NCBI RefSeq assembly: GCF_006345805.1
Contig: NC_043005.1
Span: 31,000,001 to 31,064,000, forward strand
Length of the DNA: 64,000 bases
Source: Octopus sinensis
Taxonomy: Eukaryota
Direction: 5' to 3'
Shown one piece after another: positions 1 through 13,006 of this stretch; position 1 is the first letter of the stretch, and every line of letters starts with the position of its first letter. A program made the translations under genes and the position numbers. The notes beneath the pieces were generated by a model. It did not search any database, was not told the origin of the DNA, and saw only the letters and a list, made by a program, of their open reading frames with translations.

Positions 1-356
<356 letters not shown>

Positions 357-610
357 TCAGCGAACGGAGAATGAATAAATTTCTTTATTACCCATAAGGG
401 GTTTCACAGATGGGGACAATACAATGATTTGGGGTCATGTGGATGAAATGGAATTATTTACAGTGAAATCGAATGAATTATTTATAATGAAATCGAATGA
501 GTTACAAGAACAAACGAACAAAAATGGACATATGAAGTCAAAAGAACAGGATAGCTGACCCCACAAGCCCTGTTATTTTAACTGAAACCTTTGGTAAGTT
601 CATGGCGTGT

Positions 611-3600
611 TCATGCAAGGCCTTTCACACCTAGCATCCGTGCAACACGCATCCATCTTTTTTTGAATACGCGCTCTGACAGACACATTTTCTCCAGCCC
701 CACCTTTCTTTTCAGATGGAACTCGAAAAAGTTCGTTAGGGCGGTGCCAGAGATCATGGTGTCTGTCATTATACCTTTCACTCTAGTCTTCCATATAACC
801 CCTTTCGCAACTGCTACTATCACGAGAAAGCAATGCTTACCTTCGTTCGTCATGAAACCAGGCGGGTCGATTTTTAAGATTGACTCAGACGACCGCTGTA
901 CTCTTCTTCCGTCCAACAATAGGTGTTCGGCATAAGCCCACACGTCTGAAATATCCGGACACTGACCAATAGCGTGCAGGATTGTTTCCACGTCTCGCTC
1001 GCATTTTGGACAGACCGATGGTCTTCTGTGACCATGTCTTGTGAGTTTATCTCGAACGGGTAAGGCTCTTCTGTAACATTGCCAGGCCAAGGACTTCTGA
1101 AGATTATCCAGTGTCCCTGGTCCGAATGTCCTTTGGAACAGGCTGTCTAACTGATTACCATCGAGACCCAGGGTCCTTCCCAGGGTATCATCATTTCCGG
1201 CCTCTACCAACCTGCTATAGAACGCTGCAGTGGTACCAAAGCCGCCGGCATTGCCCGAGCTGCGGAAGCGTAAGAGAGCTCTACGGCACTCCGAATACCA
1301 CATACTTAATCTTAGTCTGCGACGGAACCAGGTTTCTCTACCACCAAAACTGGCTAAGCTGGGGAACAACTGTTTTGCGAGCGGGGACCACACCTGTTCA
1401 CCTTCCAGGTAGAGCCAAAGATGCCTCAACCTCAGTGCATGCTTGCGCATCAACAGCTAAGGCATCTCTAACCCACCCTTTAACGGCTTTTGACAACAAA
1501 TAGAACGTCTCACAAGAGGAGTGGAACCCTTCCACAAAAAGCGAAAGATTTGCCTCTCCATCTTGCTCAACCACGAATCCGGACAAGGGACGACGGTTAG
1601 GCGGTATATGATGACCGATGCCATGAACACATTGGCCACCTTCGCCTCCCTTTCAAGGATAGCCACCGCCAAGACCAAGTCTTGACCACGTGAGCCACCT
1701 TGCTCGCGACCTCATACCAGTTCTTTTCTATCTGGAGACCTGGACCAAACCAGATCCCTAGCAATTTAACCGGGCCCTCTGTCCAGCATCCCATGATGCT
1801 ATTCGAAGGCATCGACTTGCCAACCCAGGTGCAGAGTTGCAAGCCGACTGACTTTTCCCGGTTGATTTTTGCTCCTGTCACCGTCTCGTACTCCTTGATG
1901 TTGTCTCCTACATTCTGTAGGAGTTCCACCTTGGTCACGATGTTGGTGATGTCGTCCGCATACGCTGTAACAGATCCTCCTCCTGGATTCGTCGGGATGA
2001 CGCTCTTCTTTCGCAGTAACGGCTCTAGAGCCATCACGTATAAGAGCGGGGAGAGCGGACACCCTTGACGAACTGACCGTTTGATGCGGAACGGCCTAGA
2101 AAGTAGAGCGTTCACCCGAACGATCGAGTCAATGCTGTCGTACAACTGTATAATCCACCTGAGGAAACCAATACCCAGCCCGAACTGTGCGAGCACAGAC
2201 ACCAAGTAACGATGGTTCACCCTATCGAAAGCTTTACTCTGGTCTAAATGGACCAGTGCCCCACCCTTGCCAGAGTTATTCCCGAATTCTTCTTCGGTGT
2301 AACGTATATGTTGAAGATTATCCTGAATAGTTCTTCTGGGGACTGCACAAGTTTGTGCCTCCCCGATCAGGCCATCCGCGACATGCGTCAACCTTTTCGC
2401 TAACACCTTGGCCAAAATCTTCACCTCTGCGTTCAGCAGAGTGATGGGCCTAAAGTTATCTATTCTATCCCCCTTGCCCGGGTCCTTCCTGATCAGCGTC
2501 ACCACTCCCCAGCATACAGACCTGGGAATCCTCCCATACTGATTCCAGTTCGCGAAAACGCTGGCCAGTATTGGCCGGAACAAGTCAGGCATACTTTTAT
2601 ATATTTCGGAGGGTAAACCATCGAGTCCCGGCCCCTTACCTCTGCCGCAGTCGGCTATGGCCTCAGTCACCTCCTCAGGCGTGATTGACCCTTCACAGCT
2701 CTCCGCATCCCGCCCCGAGAGGCGCGGCAGCCAGGCGAGGAAGACCGTAAGGTCTCCCCTCTCATCCGGTCCACCTTCACCCCCGAAAAGCTGGGCGAAG
2801 TGCTCCTGAAAAGTCCGACACATCTCCTCGGGTTCGTTTACCACATCGCCCTTCTCGTTCGTCACAGACTTAATTGTGGAATCGTTTCCGCATTGAGCCT
2901 CCACAACTCGTGCCCATCCGGCGGCCTTAATTCCTTCGCACCCCATTGCGCGAACTCTAGCTTTAACGATACAACCTATGTGCTTGGCTTTGAGGTGCTG
3001 GTTTAATTCCAGTGTCTTCGCCCTCACCTGAGTCCCGTCGCCAGATCTAAGGGCTTCCTCTAGGGCCTTAACTAGCCCCTCTTCTTTCTTACGCCTTTTA
3101 TTTGCTAGTCCTATACTATATCTAATGGACTCGTATTTTATGGCTCTTTTGAACGCTAACCACCATTTGTTGTTAAGAATGGAACCGGTTAACGCCCTCT
3201 GAATTAGTAACGTAATCCGGCTTCTGTACTCCTCAATCGTCAAAAGGGACTTATTGAGTTTCCAGTAACCGGATCCTTTTCTACATAACTTATCTAGGTA
3301 CAGCTTACCGGTGACCATCTTGTGATCACTGTAACTGACCAAGTGAAACTGTGGACACTTAACTATGTCTTTATCTAGTTCTCTAATAAAAATCCTGTCT
3401 ATGTAAGATTTGGAAGACCCGTCACTATTTGACCACGACCACAGTGGAGCGTCCGGGAATTCCAGTATGTAAGGATCTACTAGCTGAAAGCGACTCAGTA
3501 GATCTCGGAAGCCACTGTTCGGTTTCCTATCATTTTTGGAGCCAACACTATCGACACGCGCATTGACAATAGTGTTAAAGTCCCCTAGCATCACTATGAA

Positions 3601-3996
3601 TTTTAACGTCCCTAGAAATTTCTCCAGGTCTCGAAAGTAATCAGTCTGATGTGAATGGGGTGCGTACACCGCCACCAGCCTGATCTCCTTACCACAACTG
3701 AAAGTCAGATCTAAGACGACCAGCCTGCCCTCTGGGTCAACAAAAATTACCTTTTTCTCTGAAACTCTATTCCTTTTAAGTAGGACCAAGACCCCACTTC
3801 CGCCCTCCTGCCGACATGGAGAAATAAATTTCTCGTAGCCATCCAGGAGCGGGAGTAGATCTCTTGGCCCTTTCAACCGAGTTTTAGTAGCTACAACAAC
3901 ATCCAAATCGTGTGACCTGGTGTCATTTAGGAAACGCCCCTGTTTCCAGTTCGTCATCAGGCCACGCACATTTAAACACCCTACTTGAACAGCCAT
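611..3996 (-). pseudogene. Tx1-like ORF2 (APE endonuclease-RT-zf), split by two frameshifts near 1680 and 1455
   Basis: MAVQVGCLNVRGL start; GDFN, YIDRIF and SDH APE motifs; QGCPLSP and YADD RT motifs; CPKC...ETILHAIGQC finger. The APE Glu motif appears as ATKT (E to K). Confidence 0.9.
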
Positions 3997-4159
3997 AAAT
4001 CACTTACTTTGTTTCTTCTGAGTCCGGGGGGCGGGGGAGAACCGCCTCCTCTTTGTCTGGGGCCCGTGGAGTCGGCTGGATCAGGCCTTCGTACAGGCGA
4101 TTCGAAACCTCCATCTGCAGAGGGCCCACGTCCTTCCTGAAATTGTTTGCCAACACATT

Positions 4160-5344
4160 TTACGTCCTTTGGCTTATTTTATAAACTTTTATCTGTCTTT
4201 TTTTCATCTTGTCAGCCACCTCTATCTCCTGCAGGTGCTGTGTTTCGATGCGCCTCGTCACCTCACCGTCCACCGTTCGAAACGCGACGAAGGCATTGTT
4301 CTCCGGCTTTTTTGCCTTCTTGATCTCTCGCTTTTTTCCTTCCTTTCTTCCTTTTTCCGGGGAGGGATTCCTATGTTTTCTTTTTGTTGTTGCTGCTATC
4401 CATCCCTCCCCTTCTTTCTCCTCTGGTATTGATGTTGCTGGTTCTGCCGTCACTGGTACTGCAGAGGCCTCAGCGGAGGCTGGAGGTTCGACCGTTTTGC
4501 CCTTCTCTGCCGGCTCGCAATTTTTTCTGAGGTGTTCCTTTTTGCCGCATAGGAAGCACCTATGTTGGCGGCGCTCTACCATTACTGGTAGACGGTTGTC
4601 GCCAATTTCTATTATTTCTGCGATTTCTTCCAATGTGGCTGGTTCGGCCTGTAAGGTAATCATTACTTTTTGGCCGACTCAGAATTTCGTCTTCTCCACC
4701 ACTGCATCGATGATGTTGATTTTTGCCTCGAGGCCCAAAGTCACAGCCGCCACCAGCTTCTCAAACTCCATCTCAGGCGGCACCTTCGTTATAGTAATTT
4801 TCGAGGTCCTTCTGCCCATATATAAGGGCAGAAGCAGTGCCTTGTCCGTCTTTAATGGTTCCACCGAATGGAACCTCGCTTCCTCCTCCGTGCTAAACCT
4901 CACCTCAACCGTGGCAAACCTCTTTCCTGTAGTTATAAATTTTACTTTATCCCTTATGGGATTTAGACATTTCTCGATCTGATCCTCTTTTGTGAATCCG
5001 ATCGTTTTTTCCTTAATGTTGAACGTTTTGAAAGTTAATGTTGAACGTTCAACGCTCTCTTGTGACTCCTTGGATTGCTCCACCTTGGTTTCGGATCCAA
5101 CTCTCGTAATATTTTGCTTTAACTCATCCAGATTTTCTAGATTTATATTTATTCTTTTCCCGCTAGCTGCTGCAGCAAAATTTAGTTCTTTCTCGCGCCA
5201 CCCACCTCAAGGCTGGGTGCCTCTATACTTCTCCTTGCTATCGGCTTTTTCTGTTTATTTTGTATATCCTCCTCCGAGTCCGACGACAATCTTAGGTTTC
5301 GGATTTCTTCCATTCCGACCAGTCTTCCTCTCTGGGCTAGCCAT
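4160..5344 (-). pseudogene. Tx1-like ORF1 (gag-like, zinc knuckle) with frameshifts and a premature TGA at 4679-4681
   Basis: Probable start MASPERKT at 5344; CFLCGKKEHLRKNC knuckle. Copy 2 has TGG (KFWV) where copy 1 has TGA. Confidence 0.75.
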
Positions 5345-5489
5345 TATTTTTGCCACCCTTACGGGCAAAATTCTCACAAGAGCGCTAGTAACAATTCAAC
5401 GTCAAGCACGGGTTGAGTTTACACAGTTACACAGATGTCAACTAACGATGTCAGATGACAACTAACAATCACAATCAAAACAGGGGTGG

Positions 5490-6021
<532 letters not shown>

Positions 6022-6159
6022 GTCGTTGCTTTGTCAGCATCTTTTTAGGGCCCCTATATTATATCCTAAGTATTCTCTTTCGATCATTTGATATGCTATA
6101 CGTTTTTGTTTACTCTTTTCTTTAGCTGTATTATATAAGTTTAATATAGATTGGCTATG

Positions 6160-6322
6160 ATGGATTCGTGGGCCATACTGGAGCACCGCCTTTAGTCGAG
6201 GAAATCGACCCAGGACTTATTCTTTGTAAGCCTAGTTTTTATCGGTCTCTAGCCTTACTGCTGGTTATGTGGACGTAAACACCAGCATAGATATTGTCAA
6301 GCGATGTTACAAACACACATAC
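6160..6322 (+). mobile_element. SINE-like interspersed repeat (family A)
   Basis: ggccatactggagcaccgcctttagtcgaggaaatcgacc...caagcgatgttacaaacacacatac. Homologous copies near 17690-17910(-), 24640-24800, 31430-31645(-) and 61870-62062. Confidence 0.65.
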
Positions 6323-6598
6323 GGCGGGCTTCTTACAGTTTCCGTCTACCAAATCCACTCTGTTATATAATCATCACAACAAACATGAACAATCAACGTC
6401 GCCCATTGTCTCCTTTGATAAAAGGACTTTCACTTTGTTTCCCGCGAAAACAATTAACTTGTACAACAACGGCAGTCGAATAAAGTATCTCGTATCGTTA
6501 ACACGTTGTTTCAGTCTCTCTCATTTTCTTAATCTTTCATACTAAATACTCACTACTTCCTTTAATACTCAATACATTATATATATATAACAACAACA

Positions 6599-6609
6599 TG
6601 GTGTCAGAA
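6599..6609 (+). promoter_or_regulatory. Primer-binding site TGGTGTCAGAA (tRNA-Leu-like)
   Basis: Immediately follows the 5' LTR and matches the complement of the tRNA-Leu(CAA)-type 3' end. A polypurine tract (A-run plus GGAAGA) precedes the 3' LTR at about 10637-10658. Confidence 0.75.
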
Positions 6610-6676
6610 TACTAAAAGAACCCAAAATACAGAAACCAAAGGAAAAAAGAAGTTGAAATCATACTTCAAAGACGAA

Positions 6677-9600
6677 ATGGAAAATTTACCGCATCCAAAA
6701 GACCTAGACTTTAATCAGGAAAATCTAGCCGCAGCATGGAAAAAGTGGAAAAAAGAATTCAATCTCTTTTTGATAGCAACAGAAAGTGACATGAAGCCAG
6801 ACAAAGTAAAAACTTCAATGTTTTTAACTTGCATCGGTTCCAAAGGCCGAGATATCCATTCCACTCTGGATTTCGATTCACCCGACGAAGAAATGAACCT
6901 TCAGACAGTAATCGAAAAATTCGATGCATATTGTGAACCCAGGAAAAACATAACTTTCCTAAGACACAAATTCTTCACATGTGGACAAGCGGAACATCAA
7001 AAATTCGATGAGTACGTAGTAGAGTTGCGCCAAAAGGCACAACAGTGCGAATTCGGCAACCTCACAGACAGTCTCACCAAAGATATTCTGATATGTGGAA
7101 TCAGAGACATGAGATTAAGAGAAAGATTATTGAGAGAACCAAATTTAGACCTACAAAAAACAATTCAAGCAGGTCAGAGTGCAGAGCAAACACGACTCCA
7201 ATCAAGGATGCTAAATGCCACATCCGAAACAAGAGATAACGAAATCTCGAGGGTATATAGTCAACACGACAGAAAAGGCGCCAAAACTCAAATAACCCGC
7301 CATATGCAATCCAGACATCAAAACGAACAAGGCGGAAGTGACAGAAAGCCCGCGAAGTTTCAAGCGCCAAGTCAACACTACGTCACTAACTGTCACTATT
7401 GTGGTTATAATCACAAAAGAAATAAATGCCCAGCATTTCACAAGACATGTGAAAAATGCAAGAAACAAGGACACTATGCAAAAATGTGCAAATCAAGAAA
7501 ATTTGTACATAAAGTAGAGATACATACCGACGATGAATCAGATGACGATACACATGCACTCGAAATGATCACTGCAAATAATTCCCGCGTGCACAAAATC
7601 GAAAAGTTCAAGACTCCAAAAGACATTTGGACGGTCGAACTAAAAGTGAACAACTCGAATGTAACATTCAAAATAGATACAGGAGCAGACGTAGCCGTAC
7701 TGCCATTCAGAGAATATAGAAATATAATTCCAAAACCACAACTGCAAAAAACCTCAACTCGATTATCAGCTTATAATAACACAGCTATAAAAGTGCTAGG
7801 AAAATGCACAGCAGTCATTAAATACAAAGAATTATCAAAGCAAATAAAATTCATTGTTGCAAAAACAAACTCGCACGCAGTTATAGATGCAAAGACAGCT
7901 AAAGATCTGAACCTAATTCAGAGAATTTCAAAAATAAATTCGTCGAACACAAACGACATATTAGAAAAATATGAAGACTGTTTCGGAGAAATCGGCACTT
8001 TGTCAATAACACATCATATCACAGTGGATCCACAAATAACTCCTGTAATTCATCCACCAAGATCGGTTCCTTTTTCTATAAAAGAAAAACTCAACAAAGA
8101 ATTAAAAAGAATGACAGAATTAGATATCATAAAACCTGTTAGTGAACCTACAGACTGGGTAAATTCCCTAGTCATCGTTGAAAAAGCCAACGGAAAATTC
8201 CGACTCTGTTTAGACCCCAAGAATCTAAACAAAGCCATAAAAAGGCAACATTTCAAACTCCCTACAGCGGAGGACATTTTTGCACAAATGCATAACCCTA
8301 AATATTTTTCAAAACTCGATGCATCTAATGGATACTGGCAAATTCCAGTTGACGAAGAAAGCTCCCATCTTTTAACGTTCAACACACCTTTTGGAAGGTA
8401 TCGCTTCACACGACTACCCTTTGGAATTCACAGCGCCAGTGAAGTTTTCCAAAAAGAAATTTCAAAAATAATAGAGGGCATAGAAGGAGCAAGAAATTCA
8501 CAGGATGATATCATAATCTGGTCCAACACTTTAGAAGAACACACAAATAGACTACAACAAGTTTTCGATCGAATCCGAAAGCACGGATTAAAGTTAAATA
8601 AATCAAAGTGTATCTTCTATGAATCACAAATCAAGTACCTTGGGCATATATTAACCAGCGAAGGGATAAAACAAGATCCAACCAAGGTACAAGCAATCAT
8701 TCACATGCCACTGCCAACAAGTAAAAAAGAATTACAAAGATTCCTAGGTATGACAAATTACCTATGTAAATTTTTATCTAATTCCTCCGAAGTCACAGCA
8801 CCATTGCGCCAGCTTCTACAGAGTGACACGTTATGGTCATTCGACAAACCACAAATCGAAGCAATAAAAAAGCTAAAAGAAATGATTACCAGAAAACCAG
8901 TGCTACAATTTTATGATCCAGATCTACCAATAAAAATAACTACAGATGCTAGTAAGCATGGGCTCGGAGCGATACTTGAGCAGAAACACAACGAAAGATG
9001 GCTACCTGTTTCGTTTGCATCTCGTGCAACAACTCAAGCGGAACAAAACTCCTGTCCGATAGAGAGCGAAGCTCTCAGTATAGTTTTCGCATGCAAGAAA
9101 TTTCATCACTTTATATACGGAACTCATTTCAGAATCGAAAATGACCATAAACCGTTGAAGCAAATATTCAAAAAATCGATCACTAAATGCCCCCCCAGAA
9201 TCCAAAGATTTCTACTAACATTACAAAGATATGATTTTGACCTAAACCACATACCTGGTAAAGAATCAATTGTTGCAGATACCCTATCACGTGCATACCT
9301 TGAGCAAAATACTCCAGAAGTATCAGACGAAGATATGAAATCGCACATTCATGCAGTAATAAAAAATTACCCCATAACCGACACTAAATTAAAAGAGTAT
9401 AAAGAAGCCACTGCAGACGACCCGTCTCTACAGACACTCGTCACATATACAAGAACAGAATGGCCCCCAAAAGACAAAATACCAATAAACATCAAACCAT
9501 TCGTATCCGTTCGTGATGAAATATCAATCGTCAATGGTCTCGTTCTAAAAGGTTCAAGAATAATTGTACCTAAGTCATTACGTAGAGAAGCTCTACAGGA

Positions 9601-10621
9601 AATACATACCGGACACATGGGTATCGAAAAATGCATAGAGAGAGCGAAGGAATGTATATACTGGCCCGGCATTAACGCTCAAATCAAAGACATGATTAAC
9701 ACATGCTCATACTGCATTGACTACAAAAATCAACAAGCAGCCGAACCACTAATAAATCATGAAATACCTACTACACCATGGACCAAAGTGGGTACAGACG
9801 TATTTCACCTGTCTGGAAATTCGTATGTCACAATTATTGACTATACAACAAGATTTTTTGATCTACACGAAATAAATGATTGCCAGTCAAAAACCGTAAT
9901 CAAAAAATTAAAAGAAACTTTTGCTAAATTCGGAATTCCGCAAACAGTTGTAAGTGACAACGGTCCAGAATTCAATTCGGCTGAATTAAAAAAATTTGCA
10001 AAAAATTGGCATTTTCATCACACGAAGACAAGCCCGCATTATCATCAAGCGAATGGCATGGTTGAGAGAAATATACAGACAATAAAAAAGACGCTAAAAA
10101 AGGCATTCAAAAGTGACGAAGAACCTCAGTTAGCGCTCTTAGCATTACGCACGACTAAATTACAAAATGGTGCACCATCCCCTGCAAATCAAATAATGAA
10201 TAGAACATTGCGAACAAATCTCCCAAACATATTACACGACAAAATTGGTATCAGGCCTCACGAAAAGAAGAAATCAAACATAACAACAGAACTCCCAGAG
10301 TTAAAACCACACGACACGGTTAGAATTAAGTTTAACAACAATTGGTTTAGAAGGGGCAAAATAATTAAAAAACTAGAGCAACCTCGTTCATACTTAGTAA
10401 TAACAGAGGAAGGTAATACAGTCAAACGAAATAGACAACATATTCTTAAAACAAACGAACACGTTCGCATAACAGAAGAATTAGATTATGAAAATATATT
10501 TCCAAAGTCAACAAACACGCATGAAAAAACAAAAACAGCACAACTACAGAATTCAACACTACAAAATAATAAAACCACAAAAAGTGGACGACGAATAATT
10601 ATTCCCTGTAGATACAGATGA
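6677..10621 (+). CDS. Gag-Pol polyprotein, single uninterrupted ORF (gag CCHC, protease, RT, RNase H, integrase)
   Basis: CHYCGYNH...CEKCKKQGHYAKMC; IDTGAD; SQDD; TDASKHGLGA; HTGH...CSYC; SDNGPEF...VER. First ATG at 6677. Confidence 0.93.
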   Translation: MENLPHPKDLDFNQENLAAAWKKWKKEFNLFLIATESDMKPDKVKTSMFLTCIGSKGRDIHSTLDFDSPDEEMNLQTVIEKFDAYCEPRKNITFLRHKFFTCGQAEHQKFDEYVVELRQKAQQCEFGNLTDSLTKDILICGIRDMRLRERLLREPNLDLQKTIQAGQSAEQTRLQSRMLNATSETRDNEISRVYSQHDRKGAKTQITRHMQSRHQNEQGGSDRKPAKFQAPSQHYVTNCHYCGYNHKRNKCPAFHKTCEKCKKQGHYAKMCKSRKFVHKVEIHTDDESDDDTHALEMITANNSRVHKIEKFKTPKDIWTVELKVNNSNVTFKIDTGADVAVLPFREYRNIIPKPQLQKTSTRLSAYNNTAIKVLGKCTAVIKYKELSKQIKFIVAKTNSHAVIDAKTAKDLNLIQRISKINSSNTNDILEKYEDCFGEIGTLSITHHITVDPQITPVIHPPRSVPFSIKEKLNKELKRMTELDIIKPVSEPTDWVNSLVIVEKANGKFRLCLDPKNLNKAIKRQHFKLPTAEDIFAQMHNPKYFSKLDASNGYWQIPVDEESSHLLTFNTPFGRYRFTRLPFGIHSASEVFQKEISKIIEGIEGARNSQDDIIIWSNTLEEHTNRLQQVFDRIRKHGLKLNKSKCIFYESQIKYLGHILTSEGIKQDPTKVQAIIHMPLPTSKKELQRFLGMTNYLCKFLSNSSEVTAPLRQLLQSDTLWSFDKPQIEAIKKLKEMITRKPVLQFYDPDLPIKITTDASKHGLGAILEQKHNERWLPVSFASRATTQAEQNSCPIESEALSIVFACKKFHHFIYGTHFRIENDHKPLKQIFKKSITKCPPRIQRFLLTLQRYDFDLNHIPGKESIVADTLSRAYLEQNTPEVSDEDMKSHIHAVIKNYPITDTKLKEYKEATADDPSLQTLVTYTRTEWPPKDKIPINIKPFVSVRDEISIVNGLVLKGSRIIVPKSLRREALQEIHTGHMGIEKCIERAKECIYWPGINAQIKDMINTCSYCIDYKNQQAAEPLINHEIPTTPWTKVGTDVFHLSGNSYVTIIDYTTRFFDLHEINDCQSKTVIKKLKETFAKFGIPQTVVSDNGPEFNSAELKKFAKNWHFHHTKTSPHYHQANGMVERNIQTIKKTLKKAFKSDEEPQLALLALRTTKLQNGAPSPANQIMNRTLRTNLPNILHDKIGIRPHEKKKSNITTELPELKPHDTVRIKFNNNWFRRGKIIKKLEQPRSYLVITEEGNTVKRNRQHILKTNEHVRITEELDYENIFPKSTNTHEKTKTAQLQNSTLQNNKTTKSGRRIIIPCRYR

Positions 10622-12033
10622 TATAAAAAAAAAATTTAAAAAAAAAAAAAAAGGAAGATGTTATATAATCATCACAACAAACATGAACAATCAACGTCGC
10701 CCATTGTCTCCCTTGATAAAAGGACTTTCATTTTGTTTCCCGCCAAAACAATTAACTTGTACAACAACGGCAGTCGAATAAAGTATCTCGTATCGTTAAC
10801 ACGTTGTTTCAGTCTCTCTCATTTTCTTAATCTTTCATACTAAATACTCACTACTTCCTTTAATACTCAATACATTATATATATATAACAACAACACACT
10901 CAAGGCTTTGGTAGGCCCGAGGCTGTTAGACAGTGTGACTGAACCTCGTTACATGTTATTCTGTTCATTGTGAGGTTCTTTAAAATGGAATTGTCGAAAA
11001 ACACCAGATACCTAAATTAAATTTTCTAAATTTGTTGAATCTAAGATTCGGTATCTTTCAAACCCACATACGGTAGGGGTCGTAGACAGTCGGCTATTTC
11101 TAGTAAGGCGGTCCTTCGGACATCCTATGTGGTGATATCACCGTAAAGAACATTTCTGAGAAGCATTACAATGATGCTGCCCGCGCTAGCATCATTGTTA
11201 GGAAGGTATCGGGTAGTCGTAAGATGTGCTATACAAGTAACAACTAAATGGCCCTTAGATCTCTTTTTTTATTAATGGTCTTACTTAAACCAGAATTCCG
11301 CCTATAAAGTGTACAAAATGGCTATTATTATAACAATAACTTTACTAGTGATGCTATAATAGGAGGTTGATTTATTCTCAAAACAGGCAGGGTTTTTCAG
11401 TTGCACAACAAACATCATTCACTCCAGCAACGCGGTGTTACGTTAGGAACTCGTTGACGGGGCGAGCCTTCTAGTATTCATCTCGAGAAAAAACAGCAGC
11501 AGGAGGCGGTTGTAATAATTCAGCGGGGTTTGTTTTGACTGGAAATGATTTAAGGCAGTTTTATGATTTTAAAAAGAAGCAGTGAGCAGCCTTTTCGGCA
11601 TAAAAAAGAAAAATTGGTCTCTAGCACATCGCATGACCACCTGATACCTTCCACGTTATTTCTCACTGTATTGTTTTCCAATATCTTAAAAGTTACAACC
11701 CACTCCTTCGTCGCTGCGGGTTGACGAACGTATGCAAATTGAAATTAAATAGACAAAAAACAAAGGATTTGCATCTCACTAATTTGCCTCAATTTCAAAT
11801 TTAAACTTTTTCATTTATTTACTCATACCCTATCTCTCTACACGGAACCCATCTTCTAAAATGAATCCGAAGGAAAAAAAAAGTATCGAAAACGTAGGAG
11901 TGACACTTGAAATCTTAGGGGAAGGGTAGATTGAGGTGGACAATATAAATTTATTTTTTGGGGGGGAGGGAGCTTTAAAACTTAATCGGGGAGATGAATT
12001 AGAAGGGATTTAAAAGACAATCGGGCAATCTTT

Positions 12034-13006
12034 CGTCTCTAGTAGACCTTTCCGTCGATTTCCGTAAAAAACTTCTTTTTTTTTTTACATATGGGCTTGC
12101 GGGAACTTTTGAAGTAATGAGAGCGAAAGAGACTAAGAGAAAGCGATTGTATGACGAGGGAAGTTCTTTTGAAGTTACCGTTCAGGGGAAGCATTGATGT
12201 ACATGTGTGTGTGTTTGATGGGGTGTGGGAGACAGACAGTATGTTGTGTAAGTGAAGTGCTTCTGTTAGTGTGTGTGAAGAGACAGAGAGAGTAATGTGT
12301 GAAAGAGAGATAACTGAAATTTTTTACTCGGTGTATGTGTATATGTATGTATGTGTGTGTGTATGTATGTATGTATATGTGTGTGTATGTATGTGTGTGT
12401 GTATGTATGGCCGAGAATATCTATTGAGAAGAATATCTCCTCATTTTATAATTCTCCCGTCTTTTTCTTACCATTTCACCATCGTCACATCAACAGACAT
12501 TAAGGCTGCACAGTAGCAGTCGACAAGGCATGTATAACGATTAAATAAAAAAAAGTTTGTCTATATCTTCGATCAGTCATTATTCCAGTGAGTCAACCTC
12601 ACTATTTTCTACATAGCAGACCGTTACATAAACAGCAAAGGTAATCTTTCGTTTTAACTCGAAATAATGTAAACACTGAATCGGCCATACATACATATAC
12701 ACACACATACATAGATACATACACACACACCGAGTAAAAAATTTCAGTTATCTCTCTCTTTCACACACACTAACAGAAGCACTTCACTTACACAACTTAC
12801 AGTCTGTCTCCCACACCCCATCAAACACACACAGATGTACATCAACGCTTCCCCTGGACGGTAACTTCAAAAGAACCTCCCTCGTCATAAAATCGCTTTC
12901 TCTTAGTCTCTTTCGCTCTCATTACTTCAAAAGTTCCCGCAAGCCCGTATGTAAAAAAAAAAAGAAGTTTTTTTACGGAAATCGACGGAAAGGTCTACTA
13001 GAGACG
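12034..13006. mobile_element. Foldback/MITE-like element with long inverted arms
   Basis: 12034-12414 is the reverse complement of 12681-13006 (termini CGTCTCTAGTAGACC...GGTCTACTAGAGACG), with a 266-bp spacer. Absent from the paralogous sites near 13740 and 27390. Confidence 0.85.

Larger units (their letters stand above)
381..5485 (-). mobile_element. Near full-length Tx1/L1-clade non-LTR retrotransposon, copy 1 (inactivated)
   Basis: ORF1 with CCHC knuckle, ORF2 with APE endonuclease, RT and C-terminal Cys/His finger. The 3' end reads AATAAAGAA on the minus strand. The 5' boundary is approximate. Confidence 0.9.
6361..10896 (+). mobile_element. Full-length Ty3/Gypsy (Mag-like) LTR retrotransposon
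   Basis: 238-bp TG...CA LTRs at 6361-6598 and 10659-10896 with 3 mismatches. 5-bp TSD CACTC at 6356-6360 and 10897-10901. Empty site with a single CACTC in unit 2 near 24831. Confidence 0.97.

Noticed and set aside
375-395. Target-site duplication for Tx1 copy 1
   Set aside because: No repeat of the H3 leader or promoter in the expected orientation at the 5' end near 5460-5490.
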